This document shows, one piece after another, positions 1-13,602 of a DNA stretch of 64,000 bases. Both the position numbers and the translations under genes were made by a program. The DNA lies in NCBI GenBank assembly GCA_002633005.1, contig NMRA01000083.1, forward strand, positions 649,161 through 713,160. Direction: 5' to 3'. Numbering within the stretch: the first letter of the stretch is position 1; every line of letters starts with the position of its first letter. The DNA comes from Phoronis australis (lineage: Eukaryota; Animalia; Phoronida). The notes below the pieces were generated by a model. It saw only the letters and a program-made list of their open reading frames with translations. It made no database searches and had not been told where the DNA came from.

Positions 1-2181
1 GGAACTTTGCAATGCTGTAGTTTGTGTTCTGCCAGTACGGTGGCGTTGGAGAAGGACTCATCACAAATGTTACACTTCAAATTGTTGGCCGTGATGTGAA
101 TGCGCACGTGCTTCTCTAACTCGGCCTTAGACTTGAAACTCTGTCGGCAGTAGAGACAAGTATGCCGGCTTCCCTGCTGTGTGGAGACTGACAAGGGGGT
201 CATGTGACTAGGGATTGTGTGACCTTGTGGCGACTGTGCTGAACTGGTGGACCCATTGGCAGCTAGCTTGAGTTGGTGAGTCTCACTATGGTGTGCCTGT
301 AGTGAGTGGGCATCGGTGAAGACATCATCACAAATCTCACATTTGAATGACTTTTTTAAAAACAAACTCTTTGAATTGCTGTTGGACGACTCATGCGGAG
401 ACGTCGATGTCGTTTTGTTACTTAGATCCATAACTTCGTCAACAGGCGACTTTACTTCAGGAGACATCATAGTGTCCTCTTTGGAATGAACCATCTGAAC
501 ATGCTTGTCCAGCAAGAACTCCACATGAAACGCTTCATTGCACATCATACATTTGAATTGCTTGCTGTGTGTCGCCATATGTTTCTGCAAGTCACCGTCG
601 CTGGCAAAGCTATCCTTGCACAGCAAGCAGCGATATGGCTTGCCCACTTTGAGATGACTGACCTTTACGTGCAGTGTCCATTCCATCTCTGAGTGGAACA
701 ACAAGTTGCACATGGAACACTTGTGAATCTTGCACTCATTGCTGTGCTTAACAGCAAAATGCACTTGAATGCTCACTTTAGAATCAAACACCTCGCTGCA
801 TAAGGAACATTTGTACAAATGGTGAGCGTGAATGTCCATCAGGTGCTTTTGCAGCTCGTCCGGTCTACTGAACAATTTCAGGCACTCTAAACACCCATAT
901 TCAGTGGACAAAGCCAAAAAGTGAGTCATAAAATGATTCTCAAGAGCATCCTCAGAGGTGAATACAGCGCCACACTTTGGGCAGGAGAAATCCTCAACTT
1001 GCTGGTGAATTTTCATGTGGACTTGATAAGACCAGGGCTCCTTGAATGTGGCATTACAATGGTCACATGTTCGTGGAGACCAAGATTCCTTGGTGCTGTT
1101 AGAGTCACTGTTTGGACCAATGGGTGATGTCAAGTCTGGCTGGGATGTACTTGGCGACTCATCTGACAGCGAGTCATCATTTTTATTCTTCAGCGACTTG
1201 CTGAACCTTGACAGCTGAGGAATCTTTAAAGATAATGCCCCAGAAAACTTGGACGACCGCATCGTGCCACTGCCATTCTTGGAGTTGAATAATAGATCCG
1301 TCAACCTGCTAGCGTTATTAGCCTCTTTATGAGCTGCATTTTTGTGCTTGGCCAACGAGCGATGACTAGAGAACATGGCTGGGCAGTGGCGACACTTGAA
1401 GCTCTCACTTTCTGCACTGTCGCTGTTCTCGTGAATCTTATCAATGTGATCATTGAGGATAGGAACAGTAGGAAACATGGCATCGCACTTTGGACAAGAG
1501 TACATCTGCACTGACTTGCCTGCGTGAAACAAATTAATATGGCGTTCCAACAACTCGATGGTTTCAAACGAATGCCGTAAACTCTGCTTCGCACAATGAG
1601 GACAGCTATAGTCCACCCCCGTTCCCAATGACCTATTGACCTCTGTATACTGATTCTTTCTCCCTTTCTTTGCCATTGTTCCATTGGGCGTATTTCCATC
1701 ATCTGCCTTCCGTTTCTCTATAGTCCGCGTGCCTTCCTGGATATCGTGAGTTATGAGATGGTCATACATGTTCTGGTATGTGTCACACTTGAACACTAGA
1801 CACACGGAACATGGCACGGAGCCATCAGGCTGAGTATGGTTATCCAACAGGTGCTTAGCCAGCCACACAGGGCCCTGTGACACTTCCGAACAGAAGCTAC
1901 ACTGGTAACTCAAAATGCTCCGCGACGAAATTCCCTCTGGCCGCAATGGCTGCTCAGTACTTACGCCCCCGGTGGTATCATTTGCAACAAGTGACTGATT
2001 GGTAACGTTACCGTTGCAGTGCTTCGTGAAATGTGTCTGCGCATCCTTGAGATTGGTGAATGACTTGGAGCAAAGTAGACACTGCATCAGGTGCGGAGAG
2101 GACTGCTCCTTAGGGAGGACCGTCTTTGATTTGAACGACTTGGGGTCATGTGACTTCATATGTAGCTTCAAGTGGTCACTC
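1..2181 (-). CDS. ZNF423: ZNF423-like large coding exon 7 (partial, continues beyond window); about 16 complete C2H2 fingers plus the end of a split finger
   Basis: Acceptor TATTCACAG, phase 2, completing R-SDHLKLHMKSH. The frame was open in every segment I translated and includes ELQKHLMDIHAHHLYKCSLCSEVFDSKVSIQVHFAVKHSNE and CNICDESFSNATVLAEHKLQHCKV, typical of ZNF423/Oaz. Probably absent from the ORF track because no stop lies in the window. Confidence 0.96.
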
Positions 2182-2554
2182 CTGTGAATACAGATGATAA
2201 CAATTAAAAGAAATGTCATAAATTAACAAATTCATTCCCAAACTATTATTAAAGAAAGGAGACAGGGATGCCTCATACCACATGTAGCCAAGTCAGTGTT
2301 CTCCAAAACAGAAAGTCCAAACTGGAATTACAAAATTCATGTACATATTTGGACATCCATGTCCATACTGTGCAGAGTAGTTGTGTGTAGACTCGGAATA
2401 ACTGCATTGAACAGGTGTCAAAAGTCCCAAATGTCTCAACTTGCTTAAGAAGTGACTAATCTCCCAATACTCTTTGCACCAGTTTCCAAACTCGACACGA
2501 GTAAGAAAAACTTGTCACAGCAAAATTCAAACTCGACGCGGTGACAAGTCAAAA

Positions 2555-4052
2555 AACAAGAGCAACGCAGAGCGTTGAAATGCGCCCCACAATTGCACCG
2601 CACATGGTATCTTTCCAGGGATGTTTATTGGTACCATAAAGTGGCCAGTAGAGGGCATGTATGTAGTATGTTGTACTTTGCAAAATGGAAAGGCATGGTC
2701 ATTGTCTCCTCAATAGGCTAGGGGCAAAATGTGAGTGATCTTCATAATACAAGCGCATCCTATACATCAGTTGCTTAAAGCACCACAGAGACATAGAATT
2801 AAAAACAAATTTACCAACATACGAGATTAGCACAGCATTAGAATGCCAGAAACAAATTTCAACTTGGAACTTTTCCTTCATAGTCACGAAGTAACACAAA
2901 GTATACACCTGAAGACCTATGAAAATACAGAGGTCAATGTAAAATACTTAAATTGCCACTAGAGGCATACCGTTAGTCAGAATCCTCCTAAAGTAGTCAT
3001 CGTCCGTTGTCAACATCAGATAAATACACTTGCTAAATTTAGTAAAGATCCTGCAAACGGTTTGGGAGATACAGCCATGGGCGCAAAAAAAACTGCCACT
3101 AGGAGGCGCCACAGTAAACAAAGTCATGGGAAATTCAGCGTCAACCGTCCTCTTCATAGTAAGAACATACATACCAATTTTCACAATCATACTTAGATCG
3201 GTTTGGTTGAGAGGGGTGGACGCCAAAAAACAGACTCAAAAACAGTAAAAATGGCCACTGGGTGTCGCAAACTATGTGGAATCCATCTGAAAACGGGAGG
3301 ATAGCGTCATCTCACTAATAGGTGCCTATATACCAAATTTCATGAAAATCCGTTCAGGACTTTTGAAGATACAAAGGTAAGCGTAAAAAACTATAATTGC
3401 CACTAGGGGGCACACCGGTAGTCGGATCCATCCAAAAGTCATCATCTTCCGTTGTTAACATCATATAAATATACTTACACAATTTCGTAAAGATCCTGCG
3501 AACGGTTTAGGAGATACAGCCATAGGCGCAAAAAAAAACAAAACTGCCACTAGGAGGTGCCACAGTAGTCGAAATCGTCGGAAAATCATCGTCAACCGTC
3601 CTCTACATAGTACGCATATACATGCCAATTTTCACAATCATCCTTTGGGCGGTTTGGTTGATAGAGGGGTGGACGCACAAAAACAGACTCGAAAACACTA
3701 AAAATGGCCACTAGGTGGCGCAAACTATGTCGAATCCATCTGAAAACGGGAGGATAGCATCATCTTACTAATAGGTGCCTACATACCAAATTTCATGAAA
3801 ATCCGTTTAGGACTTTTGAAGACACAAAGGTAAGCGTAGAAAACTAAAATTGCCACTAGGGACCACACCGGTAGTCGGATCCGTCCGAAAGTTCGCACAT
3901 GCCGTCCCATTCATGAATGGAACATATGTGCCAAATTTCATGAACGTATGTCAAAAGGTTTTGGAGATAGAGCAGCGGACGCAAGACGCCAGATGGACGG
4001 ACGGAGATGACGGCATAATGCGTCCACATAAAAATATGTGGGCGCATAAAAA
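2555..4052 (-). mobile_element. Full-length non-autonomous Helentron-type (HINE/DINE-1-like) element with internal ~150-bp tandem units
   Basis: Subterminal inverted repeats ATGCGCCC (2580) and GGGCGCAT (4040). Terminal hairpin CAACGC-aga-GCGTTG (2563-2577). Palindrome ATGCGTCCACATA-aaaa-TATGTGGGCGCAT (4018-4047). (GGAC)n tract, A-run ends, central ~450-bp higher-order repeat. Confidence 0.8.
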
Positions 4053-6780
4053 GGGTTGTGGAGAACACTGCTGAGCCAAGAGACATTCTGATGTTTCATA
4101 GGGTGGAGTCGAGTGCACTAGTGAAAGTAGCCAGTACTGTAACACGCACACGACATTACACAGGCATCAGCACGGAGGGGACACATGCATTGTGTTTAGT
4201 GGACCAAACCACAAGTGTGCAGGACACAAGCAGCAGGAGCATGATGTAAACAACAACTGTAAAATGTCTTCCTATGGCAATGACGTCTACCACAAAAACA
4301 AAAGCACCGGACAGTGTGTACAGCGCAAATGGCAAAGATATCAGGAGTTCCCATGTTTCAAATATTTCGACACACTGGCGTGAGCAACACTAGGAGTGTC
4401 ATACAAAAATTTGGCAAATGCAACCTTTGTAGATATTGAGAGTCAGCAATAAAAGTGAAACAAGCATTAGGGGGCAATGCAGCAGTCAGATCAATTCAAT
4501 AATCAATGCAAATCATGCACACCATAATAGAAACTCATTCTCATGATGACTTTTCAAAGTGCCAGGTAAGTACACAAATGGATGACAAAAGTGAATGCCT
4601 CATAAAATTGTGATTTGTGGGCAGAGCACTGTGCCAGAACTGTTAGATAATAGGCAAGAGCTGTTCATTCCTGGATAAAATCTTATCAGTCAAATTTCAT
4701 GAACATCCTTAATCAACAGGTAGGGACTGCAGCTAATGATGTGAGCAGTGGCTTAGCAATAGTAACCATTGTCCAAACTTCAAGCTCAACTTCCCTCAAC
4801 AGAAAGAATTGTTGAATTTTGTACTATTTTTCAGGCCGTTGGACAGACACATAGAGAAGCATATCCCAAAAGTGGATATCAAAATAGTAGAACTGTCACT
4901 AAGGGGTGCAGAACATGCCAGCGCAGTTACTGTCTTTTTTATTACAAGAGCATAATCCCTTAAATTTCCCCAAGAGACTTGGTGACAACAGAAAAAGGCA
5001 AAGCTGTAGTTGGATCCATTGCTCTCATTAACAGGAACACGTCTACAAAATTACATGGCAACCCTTTAAAGAGGAGCCAAAAAAAAAAAACTACTTTTGA
5101 TAAGGGCCATTTTCCATAATAAAATCAGTTTCACCTTGTTCTTTACTCAGATTTGGATTTATTTGAAAAGAACCAACAAGCTGTCACTGTTTCAGATCAA
5201 CCTCGTTAAATTTGATGCAATGTTCCATCACAGCTGCCAAAGCAGTATGGCCAACAAATATTTTTGTGAACAATTTCAATTCAAACAAAGGATAAATACG
5301 TGATGACCTAGAATTGCCGCAAAGCCGTATAAATATGTGTAGTTCTAGATCTGAGCAAAAAGTGAGCAAAATAAATTATGACACGAAATTAATGTCATTA
5401 AAAACAACTTGGTTACTACCATGAATACAATGCTGTAAGATCATTATTTTACAGTTAAATTAATGGAGCGATCATATGTGTCAACATGGAGCACCATTAA
5501 ATAGAGCGTCGTCTATTGCCAATTCATGTTTTATTTATGTGTTCTTTTTTCCATTCTGAACAATTTTTGCTTTTGCAAAGTTGTCCTCATCACCCAATAT
5601 ATGTCACTTTACCATGTCGTGAGAGTAATGTTTCAAAGTACGTCCGATTTTTCTTTGTTATAAAAGCGGCAGAGCGGTGTAAGAAAATGACATTCATCAG
5701 ATTGTGTTTCTTTTAAACGGACCTAACAGACAAGGCAGGAGTTATTTGAATGTCAGAGTGGCAAAAACTTACAAACAGCTGGGCTTGCTACACTTTGATG
5801 TAAGTTTCGATGCAAGAGGACCATCAATCTAGCACACTAAAGAAGTGAGCTTAGCGTAAATTGCCAACTTTTTACACACAACGATTCCAAGCTGTGTTTT
5901 GATGATCAGTCATCCGCAGCTGGCTAGTTAGAGGTGACCTTGCTTGGAAGGTCAAATACATCAGAGAAGATAGTTGTTTTGTGTAACGGAACATGGTTTG
6001 AAAGAACTTAATAAATGTCAGATATTGAGACAGATCCAGAGATTTTATTAAAAGGCACCACAGTTATCGGAATCACTTGAAAATCAATGTCAGCTGTGCT
6101 CAAATCACTAGAAACATATCTGCCAAATCTCACAACAACCCATCGTGGAACTTAGTAGATATTAAAGAAACAGCAAAATCTAACAGCGTTATTAGCATCT
6201 ATCTGAAAATCAACATCAGTCATGCTCTCGTCAACAGGAACAGTTCGCTCAAATTTCCCGATGGCTCGAATGCTCCCCTCCTCTATCGTTTCCTTTGTTA
6301 ACAATAGAGGCACTGAGGTCTGTATTATCAGAGACCGTAAATACCATCTTTGCTAAGATAGCCATGACTCCTCATTTAACAAATAATTAATTCACATGGC
6401 TTGTGAAGTGGGTAGTTCTCAAGTTTGAATATGTGAAATTATCATCTTGCTATGTTTCGTTCATATCAAAAATGTACCCTGGTGTTCGTAACAACTTTGG
6501 GAAATTCAGAAGATTCAATGGATTTGTGCAACTGCGTGATTACACACTTTGTGAGGAGTATCTGTGCTCTGTGAGAAGTATCTGTGCTTTGTGTGGAATA
6601 TCTGTGCTTAAGAGATGAGGCGCATCCATCGAAAACTTCATTAATTAATTAATTGTGTTCAGTAACAGTGAAAAATATGTGAAACAAAAATTTCATGCTT
6701 CGGCAAATTATTTTTGAAAAAACAATAGAGGTTTACTTTAAGCGCATTTCATTTTAACCCACAACCGAAAAAAGACTCAC

Positions 6781-6920
6781 CTCGCAAATGCGGCATCGCA
6801 TACTGAACACTTGTGTTTCCGGTCTCCCGTGTGCAGACGTAGGTGGCGGTCACGTGACCTCTTGTGCTTAAACACACGACTGCAGTAGTTGCAGTCAAAT
6901 ATGTGCCCTTCACTGGAGGA
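6781..6920 (-). CDS. ZNF423: ZNF423-like coding exon 6 ([40 protein letters not shown])
   Basis: Contains [10 protein letters not shown], characteristic of ZNF423/ZNF521/Oaz. Acceptor TTTCTTTCAG, donor AG|GTGAGT, 140 nt, phase 0-2. Confidence 0.95.
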
Positions 6921-7614
6921 CTGAAAGAAAGAAGTGGATTAAAACAAGCCATAACCAACTTGTGTCTTAACAATAAATGCTATATACCTCATTAGCATAA
7001 TATATATTGATGCACTTTAAATGACCGAAATATTAATATATCTCTTGTCATTATTGGTTACACTAGATTGAGCACTATTCATGGTTTGGCTGGACACACC
7101 TAGGGGATCACTTTACACAAAGGGTACAATTTAAACCGTGGTGCCTAAAAGTCTGGACTGGGAGAACAATGAAAATAATACTGCTGAGATCTGCTTTTGT
7201 TTTTCCACATTTTTAAAATTCAACAACTTAAGCAACTACAGCCAATTTGATAAAGGTGGTTTAAAGTTAAACCTGGTCTAAACTGGACTTAGACCAAGTT
7301 TAAAGATAATCATAATCTGCATTTCATAAAGGTGGTTTAACTTTTAGACCCGTGGTTTAACTCCAGTTTAGACCTGGTCTAAGTCAGTTCTCATTTCCCC
7401 AGCGAGGTATATATTACTTAGACCTGTACTAAGATCTTAACCAGGTTCAACTTTAGACTTGGTCAGACCCAGGTTTAATACTATTAAATATGGCAGACTT
7501 GTACAATATAGGTGCAACTGAACGATGCTGTGGTGTGCATTTACGACGCAGTTTTAGAGCGAGAATGGACTATTTTAAATATTCAGTTTTAGGACGACAC
7601 AAGATCAAACGTAA

Positions 7615-7764
7615 CAGGGGGGACCAAGAATTTTTAAGGGGGGGTCGGATCAAGGATTTTTAAAAGGAGGGCGTGTGTCAACAATTTGAAAATTACAGTT
7701 TTCATATCATTAGAGTCAAGGGGAAAGGGGTTACGGACCCCTTGAACCCCTGGGTCCACCTATA
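7615..7764. mobile_element. Degenerate G-rich MITE related to 48500-48654
   Basis: CAGGGGGGACC ... GGTCCACCTATA ends, with an imperfect TSD CGTAA/CGTAG. Confidence 0.5.
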
Positions 7765-8389
7765 CGTAGACCAGTATGTACTGAAGGGTGTCCTTCGGAT
7801 TTCTCAGAATATTCCCGTTCTAGCAGAGCGTCATTGTCGCAAGCGCTACGCGTATGACTAAAAAGGCATCTAATGAATATTCTGGCCGATTTAGATATAA
7901 ATCTAAATGTTAGTCAGCATTTGACTGATAAATAGTCGCTCTTTTGAGAATTAATAGTAATAACCATAACAATTGACTACATAAAGCTAAATTTTGGTGC
8001 TCTTAAACTGCTAAATGTTGAATTAACCGAAGCACTTTGGAGTTTGAAAACATTACCACGCTCATCCCATCTTGAATAGTTGAAAGAGCTCTCAACTCAA
8101 GTCACACGTGATGCGTACACGCGCCATTTTAGAATTCACAACTTTAGCATTGGTCAACCTGAATAAACTCTGAAGTGTTTTCTTGAGTAGCAGATGGTTT
8201 TTATGTTCTTGTTGGCAATGGAAAAAGAATCTCATCATTTTTAAGAATATCACAAGACCAATTTTATGTCAATAAACTAATTAGATTTACATTTTTAGCC
8301 AGGCAAACAACAGGGTGAAATGCAGTTTTAAGTTTCCGCAGAGCACTGATATACAACCACGGTATTTATAACATACAGCACAGACGTCA

Positions 8390-9150
8390 TTACTTTTAAT
8401 ATTCCCACTAGAGGGAGCAATACTAGTAAACTTAAAATAGCCTCTAGGAGATACAAAGTAACTCTGACAGACAAAATTGTGAATTCCATGAACATTGATC
8501 AATAAGATTGGCAAATACCATGGTTGACATTCAGAAAATTGTAATTGCCACTACAAGTAGGGCACTAGTAGTATCTGTCTGAAATTAGAAATTATGTAAC
8601 AGAAACATAGATTTGTTCCCAAATTTCTTGCAAATTCAGGAACTCCAAAGATACAGAGGAAAATGTAAAAAAATAAAATTGGCAATAAGGTGCACAGCAG
8701 TAGTGGGATCCCTTCAAATGTCATCATCACTTGTCACTTTCATAGAAATACAATTCAACAAAGTTCCTGCAAGGGGTTAAGGAGATACAGCCACACAGGT
8801 AAAAACTGCCACTAGAAGGCGCCACAATAGTCAGAGCTGTCTGAAAAGCAGTACAAACACATATGCCAATTTTCATAATCATCCTTAAGGGTAGAGAAGT
8901 AGACGCCAAAAAACAAGACTTGAGAACAGTAAAAATGGCCACAAGTACAAGTCCATCTGAATGCAAAGATGGCCCCATCTGCTTACCAGATACATATTTG
9001 CCAAATTTCTCAAAAATCCGTCAAGGAAAACCGAAGATCGAGGCAAACATGAAATCTAAAATTTCCACTAGGGGGCACATCCAGGAATATGTCTGCGAAA
9101 TTTTACATCCATCAAGAAGTTTTGGATACATGTGAGTTCATAAAAATGTA
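8390..9150 (-). mobile_element. Degenerate internal fragment of the same Helentron-type family
   Basis: Shares GGAGATACAGCCA, AAAACTGCCACTAG, TGCCAATTTTCA and GACGCCAAAAAACA with 2950-3970. Confidence 0.7.
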
Positions 9151-10539
9151 GGTAATCCTTGTGTACGGTAGTTTTCAAAATAAAGTGGACATCAAAATTC
9201 AACTGAGCTTTGGCACACAAACTGCGACCGAATATCATTAATTTTTTTAAAATTCCGGTTAAATCTCGACAAAAATTGCAGTAGGTATTGTTCCAACCAC
9301 GTCGTCAAAATCGTGGCAACTTAGTGCAGTGCGCAAGTTAATTCAAATACATAAAGAAAGAATTAGCATTTGGGTGCATTAAACTCTGACAAAAGTTTCA
9401 ATTGTGGCAAGGTGTTTATTCAAGTTTGGCAACATCTGGCAGACCTCTGTTGAAGTTTGTCTAATTTATTTAAAAAAAAACTGCTGCAAGTCATTAGAAA
9501 CCTTCTGTATGGTTTCGAACTCCCAAAGTGAACCATTTTGTACGAAATTACAATTGATGGGAAGTGACACTGCTTCGTAGGAAATTTTGTCAGAAAAGGC
9601 ACCCCTGTGTCAGGAAAATGGTCACGATGAAGTCACCCCTTCTGAGCGCTACGTCCCATACATCTCTTTTATAAAAGTGCCCCTGCCATGTTTTAGCCAC
9701 TTCTGAAAATTTCCTCACTAAATCTGCTCACTGTCATAGCTTCAAATCAAAGTGGTCATCAACTTAATGGCAGAGATTAAGCAAAAGCAAATTGTTAACC
9801 CACTTCCAAATCTCCCTTAATGGATTGATGTAACTGTAGCAAAGAGAAGAAAAGCAAATCATTGACTTTCCAAAGCCACAACAGCCAGCAGAGCAGTGGT
9901 CACACAGCGTGATATCTGTAACGGATTTTCCTGTGGCTTTATGACGACATCTGCCCATTACACAATGGGGGGTGTCATAGGAAGCCAATGAATAGACATG
10001 CCTACCAGGGGCGTGATTTGTCATACATCAAAACCATGACAGCAGGCTAAACAAGTACCTAGCAGGTGACTGCCAACTCCCCCTGGGGTAATTACTTAAT
10101 ATTGATGCAAAAGCTCCTTGTGGTGTACTTTAGTGAAAAACACAGCAGAGAGGACTGGATTGATTCAAAGAAATGGCCACAGAGAGGGAAGTTTGAAAAC
10201 AGCATGAAGCTGGCATTCACCAGAAATGCATGAAGGCACACAAAAGGATTCAGAACAATGGAGAAATGGTTAAATTAAAGAAGACATCATTGTATTACCA
10301 TTGCCATTAGCAGCATAGGCCAGGTGTGTCAATACAAGTAAATCTAAGAACAGCTTTAGCTGGACCTTGCAGATGTGTATTGAGCCAAATATTTACTATA
10401 AATTTCAACTCAGTAAAAGTGTGTGTTTTTTGAAAGTACAAAGTCTGCAGAATTTAACTTGTGACTTTATAAGACCAACCTGCCACTAATTCGATCGAGT
10501 GATCGTGCCCTTTTAGGAAAAGTTAACAAAAAAAGGGAA

Positions 10540-11069
10540 CATTCATAGCAAAACAACAGGATCCATAACAGGGAAGCATTTTGTAGGATACAAATTTTCA
10601 AGATAAAATCTCAAAAATGCTCTTACAGTTTTCTAAACTATCATTTCGTTATCATGTTATGAAACTGTTTATCTTTGATTTTACTCCAATTTGCTATTAT
10701 TTGGATTACATAGCCACATATTTTTATAAAAATTTATCGAAGAAAGGTGCGTGAACCATGGCAAAACAACGGTATCAATAACGAGACCAACTTTCATTCA
10801 AGATGAAATCTCAAAAATGCTGTTACAGTTTTCTAAATTATCACTTCATTTTCGTTTTATGCAACATTTGATTTTTTCATAAAAATCATAGAAGTCCCAT
10901 TCTTGATAGCCCTTTAGGCAAAAGTGGAAACATCTTAAAACGATTACATAACATTGCATAAAGCACTGTATCTGAAAATTTCGTAAGAATCCGACCAGCT
11001 ATTTCTCAGATATGACGTTCCCAAATTTGCCAAATTTCGCCACTTTTCAGAAGTCCTAAATAACCTTAA
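10540..11069. mobile_element. Dispersed repeat ending in AACC-TTAA (Kolobok-like); related copies at ~15130-15487, ~30976-31310 (inverted) and ~39400-39680
   Basis: Shared AAAATCTCAAAAA..CTGTTACAGTTTTCTAAATTAT and GCAAAAGTGGAAA segments, with a TTAA-GG terminus at 30976. Confidence 0.5.
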
Positions 11070-11327
11070 CTGGCACATCTTTTTGTCGGTTCTTTTGCTA
11101 AGCACCAAAACGCTGTGCACGGTCCAAAATGAATTGAGTAAATTTTTAAAAAATTACACAATAACACAATTTTACACAGTCTTGCCCAACACAAACTTAC
11201 ACTGTAAGATGGACTCAAGTCTGAATAACATACAACTCGTCCCGCTATGCCTTCGCAATTTTTGTCATGTTTACATGTAAACATGCCATCATGCAGGTAA
11301 AAAGTGCAAACCAATGTGATTACTCAC

Positions 11328-11404
11328 CTGAGCAGGTCCTGGACTGTCCGATGTGTCAGTGTCTACAGGTGAAGGTGAGGACAACTCACTGTCGTCATAA
11401 CAAC
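11328..11404 (-). CDS. ZNF423: ZNF423-like coding exon 5 (CYDDSELSSPSPVDTDTSDSPGPAQ)
   Basis: Acceptor TGTTGTTACAG, donor CAG|GTGAGTA, 77 nt. Converts phase 1 to phase 0 as required to join exon 6. Confidence 0.82.
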
Positions 11405-13602
11405 CTGTAACAACAACAGCCACTGGCTATTGAAGGACTAATACCACATTGAGATGTGGAGTTCATGTAAGACGGCACATATAGAACGTCTGATATGACG
11501 ACAGGTTCAACAGTTAAAACAAGCCTCCACACTGGCACCCCACCAGCCATCTTACTAGTAATTTGCGTAACATTAATGCATAAAATATGCTAATCACATG
11601 ACAATCACACGCAATCAACACACACACAAATCACTCTGACACCAGTATTAAGCGCATATGCATATGAAATCAACATGTACAGTGCAAAACAAAAGGAACA
11701 AAATAACCTTCTCCCACCATGACCACTCCTGTTAACATCAAAATGACTGGCAATAACTATTAGGACAACATTCTCATAACACAATAGCTGAGCCATCTTA
11801 GAGGTTTTACTGTCATCCCCTTCATTACCGGTCATGAGAGAAGACTACTCTGATGATAAATTCCGCTTCCGCCTAACCAACATGACAGGGAATTCTGTGT
11901 CATTTTGCCTTAATTCTTTTGGTTTGTACTGTACGGCTCTGAGGGCAAACGTTCATGGTTGGATCGTGGCGGCTAAAAGTAAGGTATTAAAGAGACAGCT
12001 TGAAACTATTCGAGCGTAGTAGATTGCCGCGTTCAAAAATGCTGGCAAGATCGATACGTAGAAAGAATTTTAAGTGAATTTTAATTTGCATTTAATTTCT
12101 GGTCATTGTAAACCTGTATGTATGTAGAACAGGCCTATTGCAGTGTAGAAACCAAGAGTGGTACGTAAATAGCAACAATTTGCATTGTATGAACTCGTCT
12201 ATCTCAGGAATTAATTGTGTGAAAGCAGTAGAACATAAGCCAAATACATGCATTTTGGCAACTTAAATTCTCGTGAGATGAGTGTTCACACAGGCACGGG
12301 CCTTTTTAAGGAAGTCTTGATTATACAACCTGAGCATTGATGTTACGCCAATCAATCGTGTTTAAAAGTGTAAATCTAGAATTTTTTGGGGGTGTTAAAA
12401 TACAAATCCTGGGCTTTTCGCATTTCGAGAAGTAAATATCTTACTATGTCTGAATTGGCATATACTTTCATTATTTATCAAATGGCTGACTCGCTTTTTG
12501 TAATCTGTCGCAATTCTCCCAATCAAGCACAAGCAGTTCATTTACCAACAATGGAGGACACGTCAGATTTTTACGAGTAACGAAAGTGCTTTCAGAGTGA
12601 ACAGTGCGATTTGTCTTGACAAATGAATTGGAATGAACATGGGATGGGTGTTAGTAACAAGTGAAGTATTGTATATCCGTGTATGCTTGATCCAACACCA
12701 GCGTCTGCAAAACCAGTGGGTCTTGAGTCTAAGCCTGCCGTGGGTCTGCGACGTAGTTGAGTGACAAGTTGAGCGCATAAACTTGAGCGAAATTTTAGAT
12801 AAATGGTAAGCTTTCGTTTGCTTTTAATCGACCCTTTCAGGTTCCATGTTTGGAGAAATTTGGAATTCCCTGACCAGTCGTTGTCATGCACTGCTTATGA
12901 CATCAAATGCACCGCTGAGACTTTTCAAGGTTCCCGGGAGCACTTCAGCGCGAACTGCAAATAACGGGTGAATGGAAGGACTTTTAGAAAGGAGACTGGG
13001 TTTATTGGTATTAGGAATGAGTAAGCCAGGTATTGGAATACTCATTTTATTAGCATTGAACCCAGAAATTGTACTTTTTAAGTCAAAAATGGACACTAAG
13101 CAGAAGTATAATAAACATTTCTCCCTTTGCGAGTTTAACGAGTTTAATGTAGGGTGCACAAGTCAACTGATGTCAATCAACTGGTGAATGAGTTATGGTA
13201 AAAATTCTCTAGCTCACCAAAATTCAAGCCACATTGAATTTTCGAGATTCTGAACATTGGGACATGGGCTACTTAGGCGCTCATATTTTACAAATATATG
13301 ACACGACGTTTTGTATCAACAGTGTCTGAAAACAGACTTGGCAATTCTTAAAATAGTCAAAAATAGTCCCAATGGAAAGGTTTTTGTGTCTCCCGTTAGT
13401 TTAGTGTGCAAAATTGTGGAGAACGATTTCTTGTTGTAGATAGGAAGGCCAATATTGCTGAATATCTAAAATTTGGTACATGCTCGAACTTTGAAGCAAA
13501 TAATTGATTATTCTTCATTGAAGTAAACTGAAGAATGTTTACCATACTTTGCCCAGGACACTACACAACAAAAATGTCAAGTTTGAGCGACCAATCACTC
13601 AC

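Noticed and set aside
486-2187. Plus-strand ORFs 486..692, 921..1127, 1329..1514 and 1999..2187, and minus ORF 1301..1702
   Set aside because: They are antisense or off-frame shadows of the zinc-finger exon.
2948-4151. Short ORFs within the repeat array (also 8727..9135 and 14319..14522)
   Set aside because: They are translations of non-coding transposon tandem units, with no Rep/helicase or transposase motifs.
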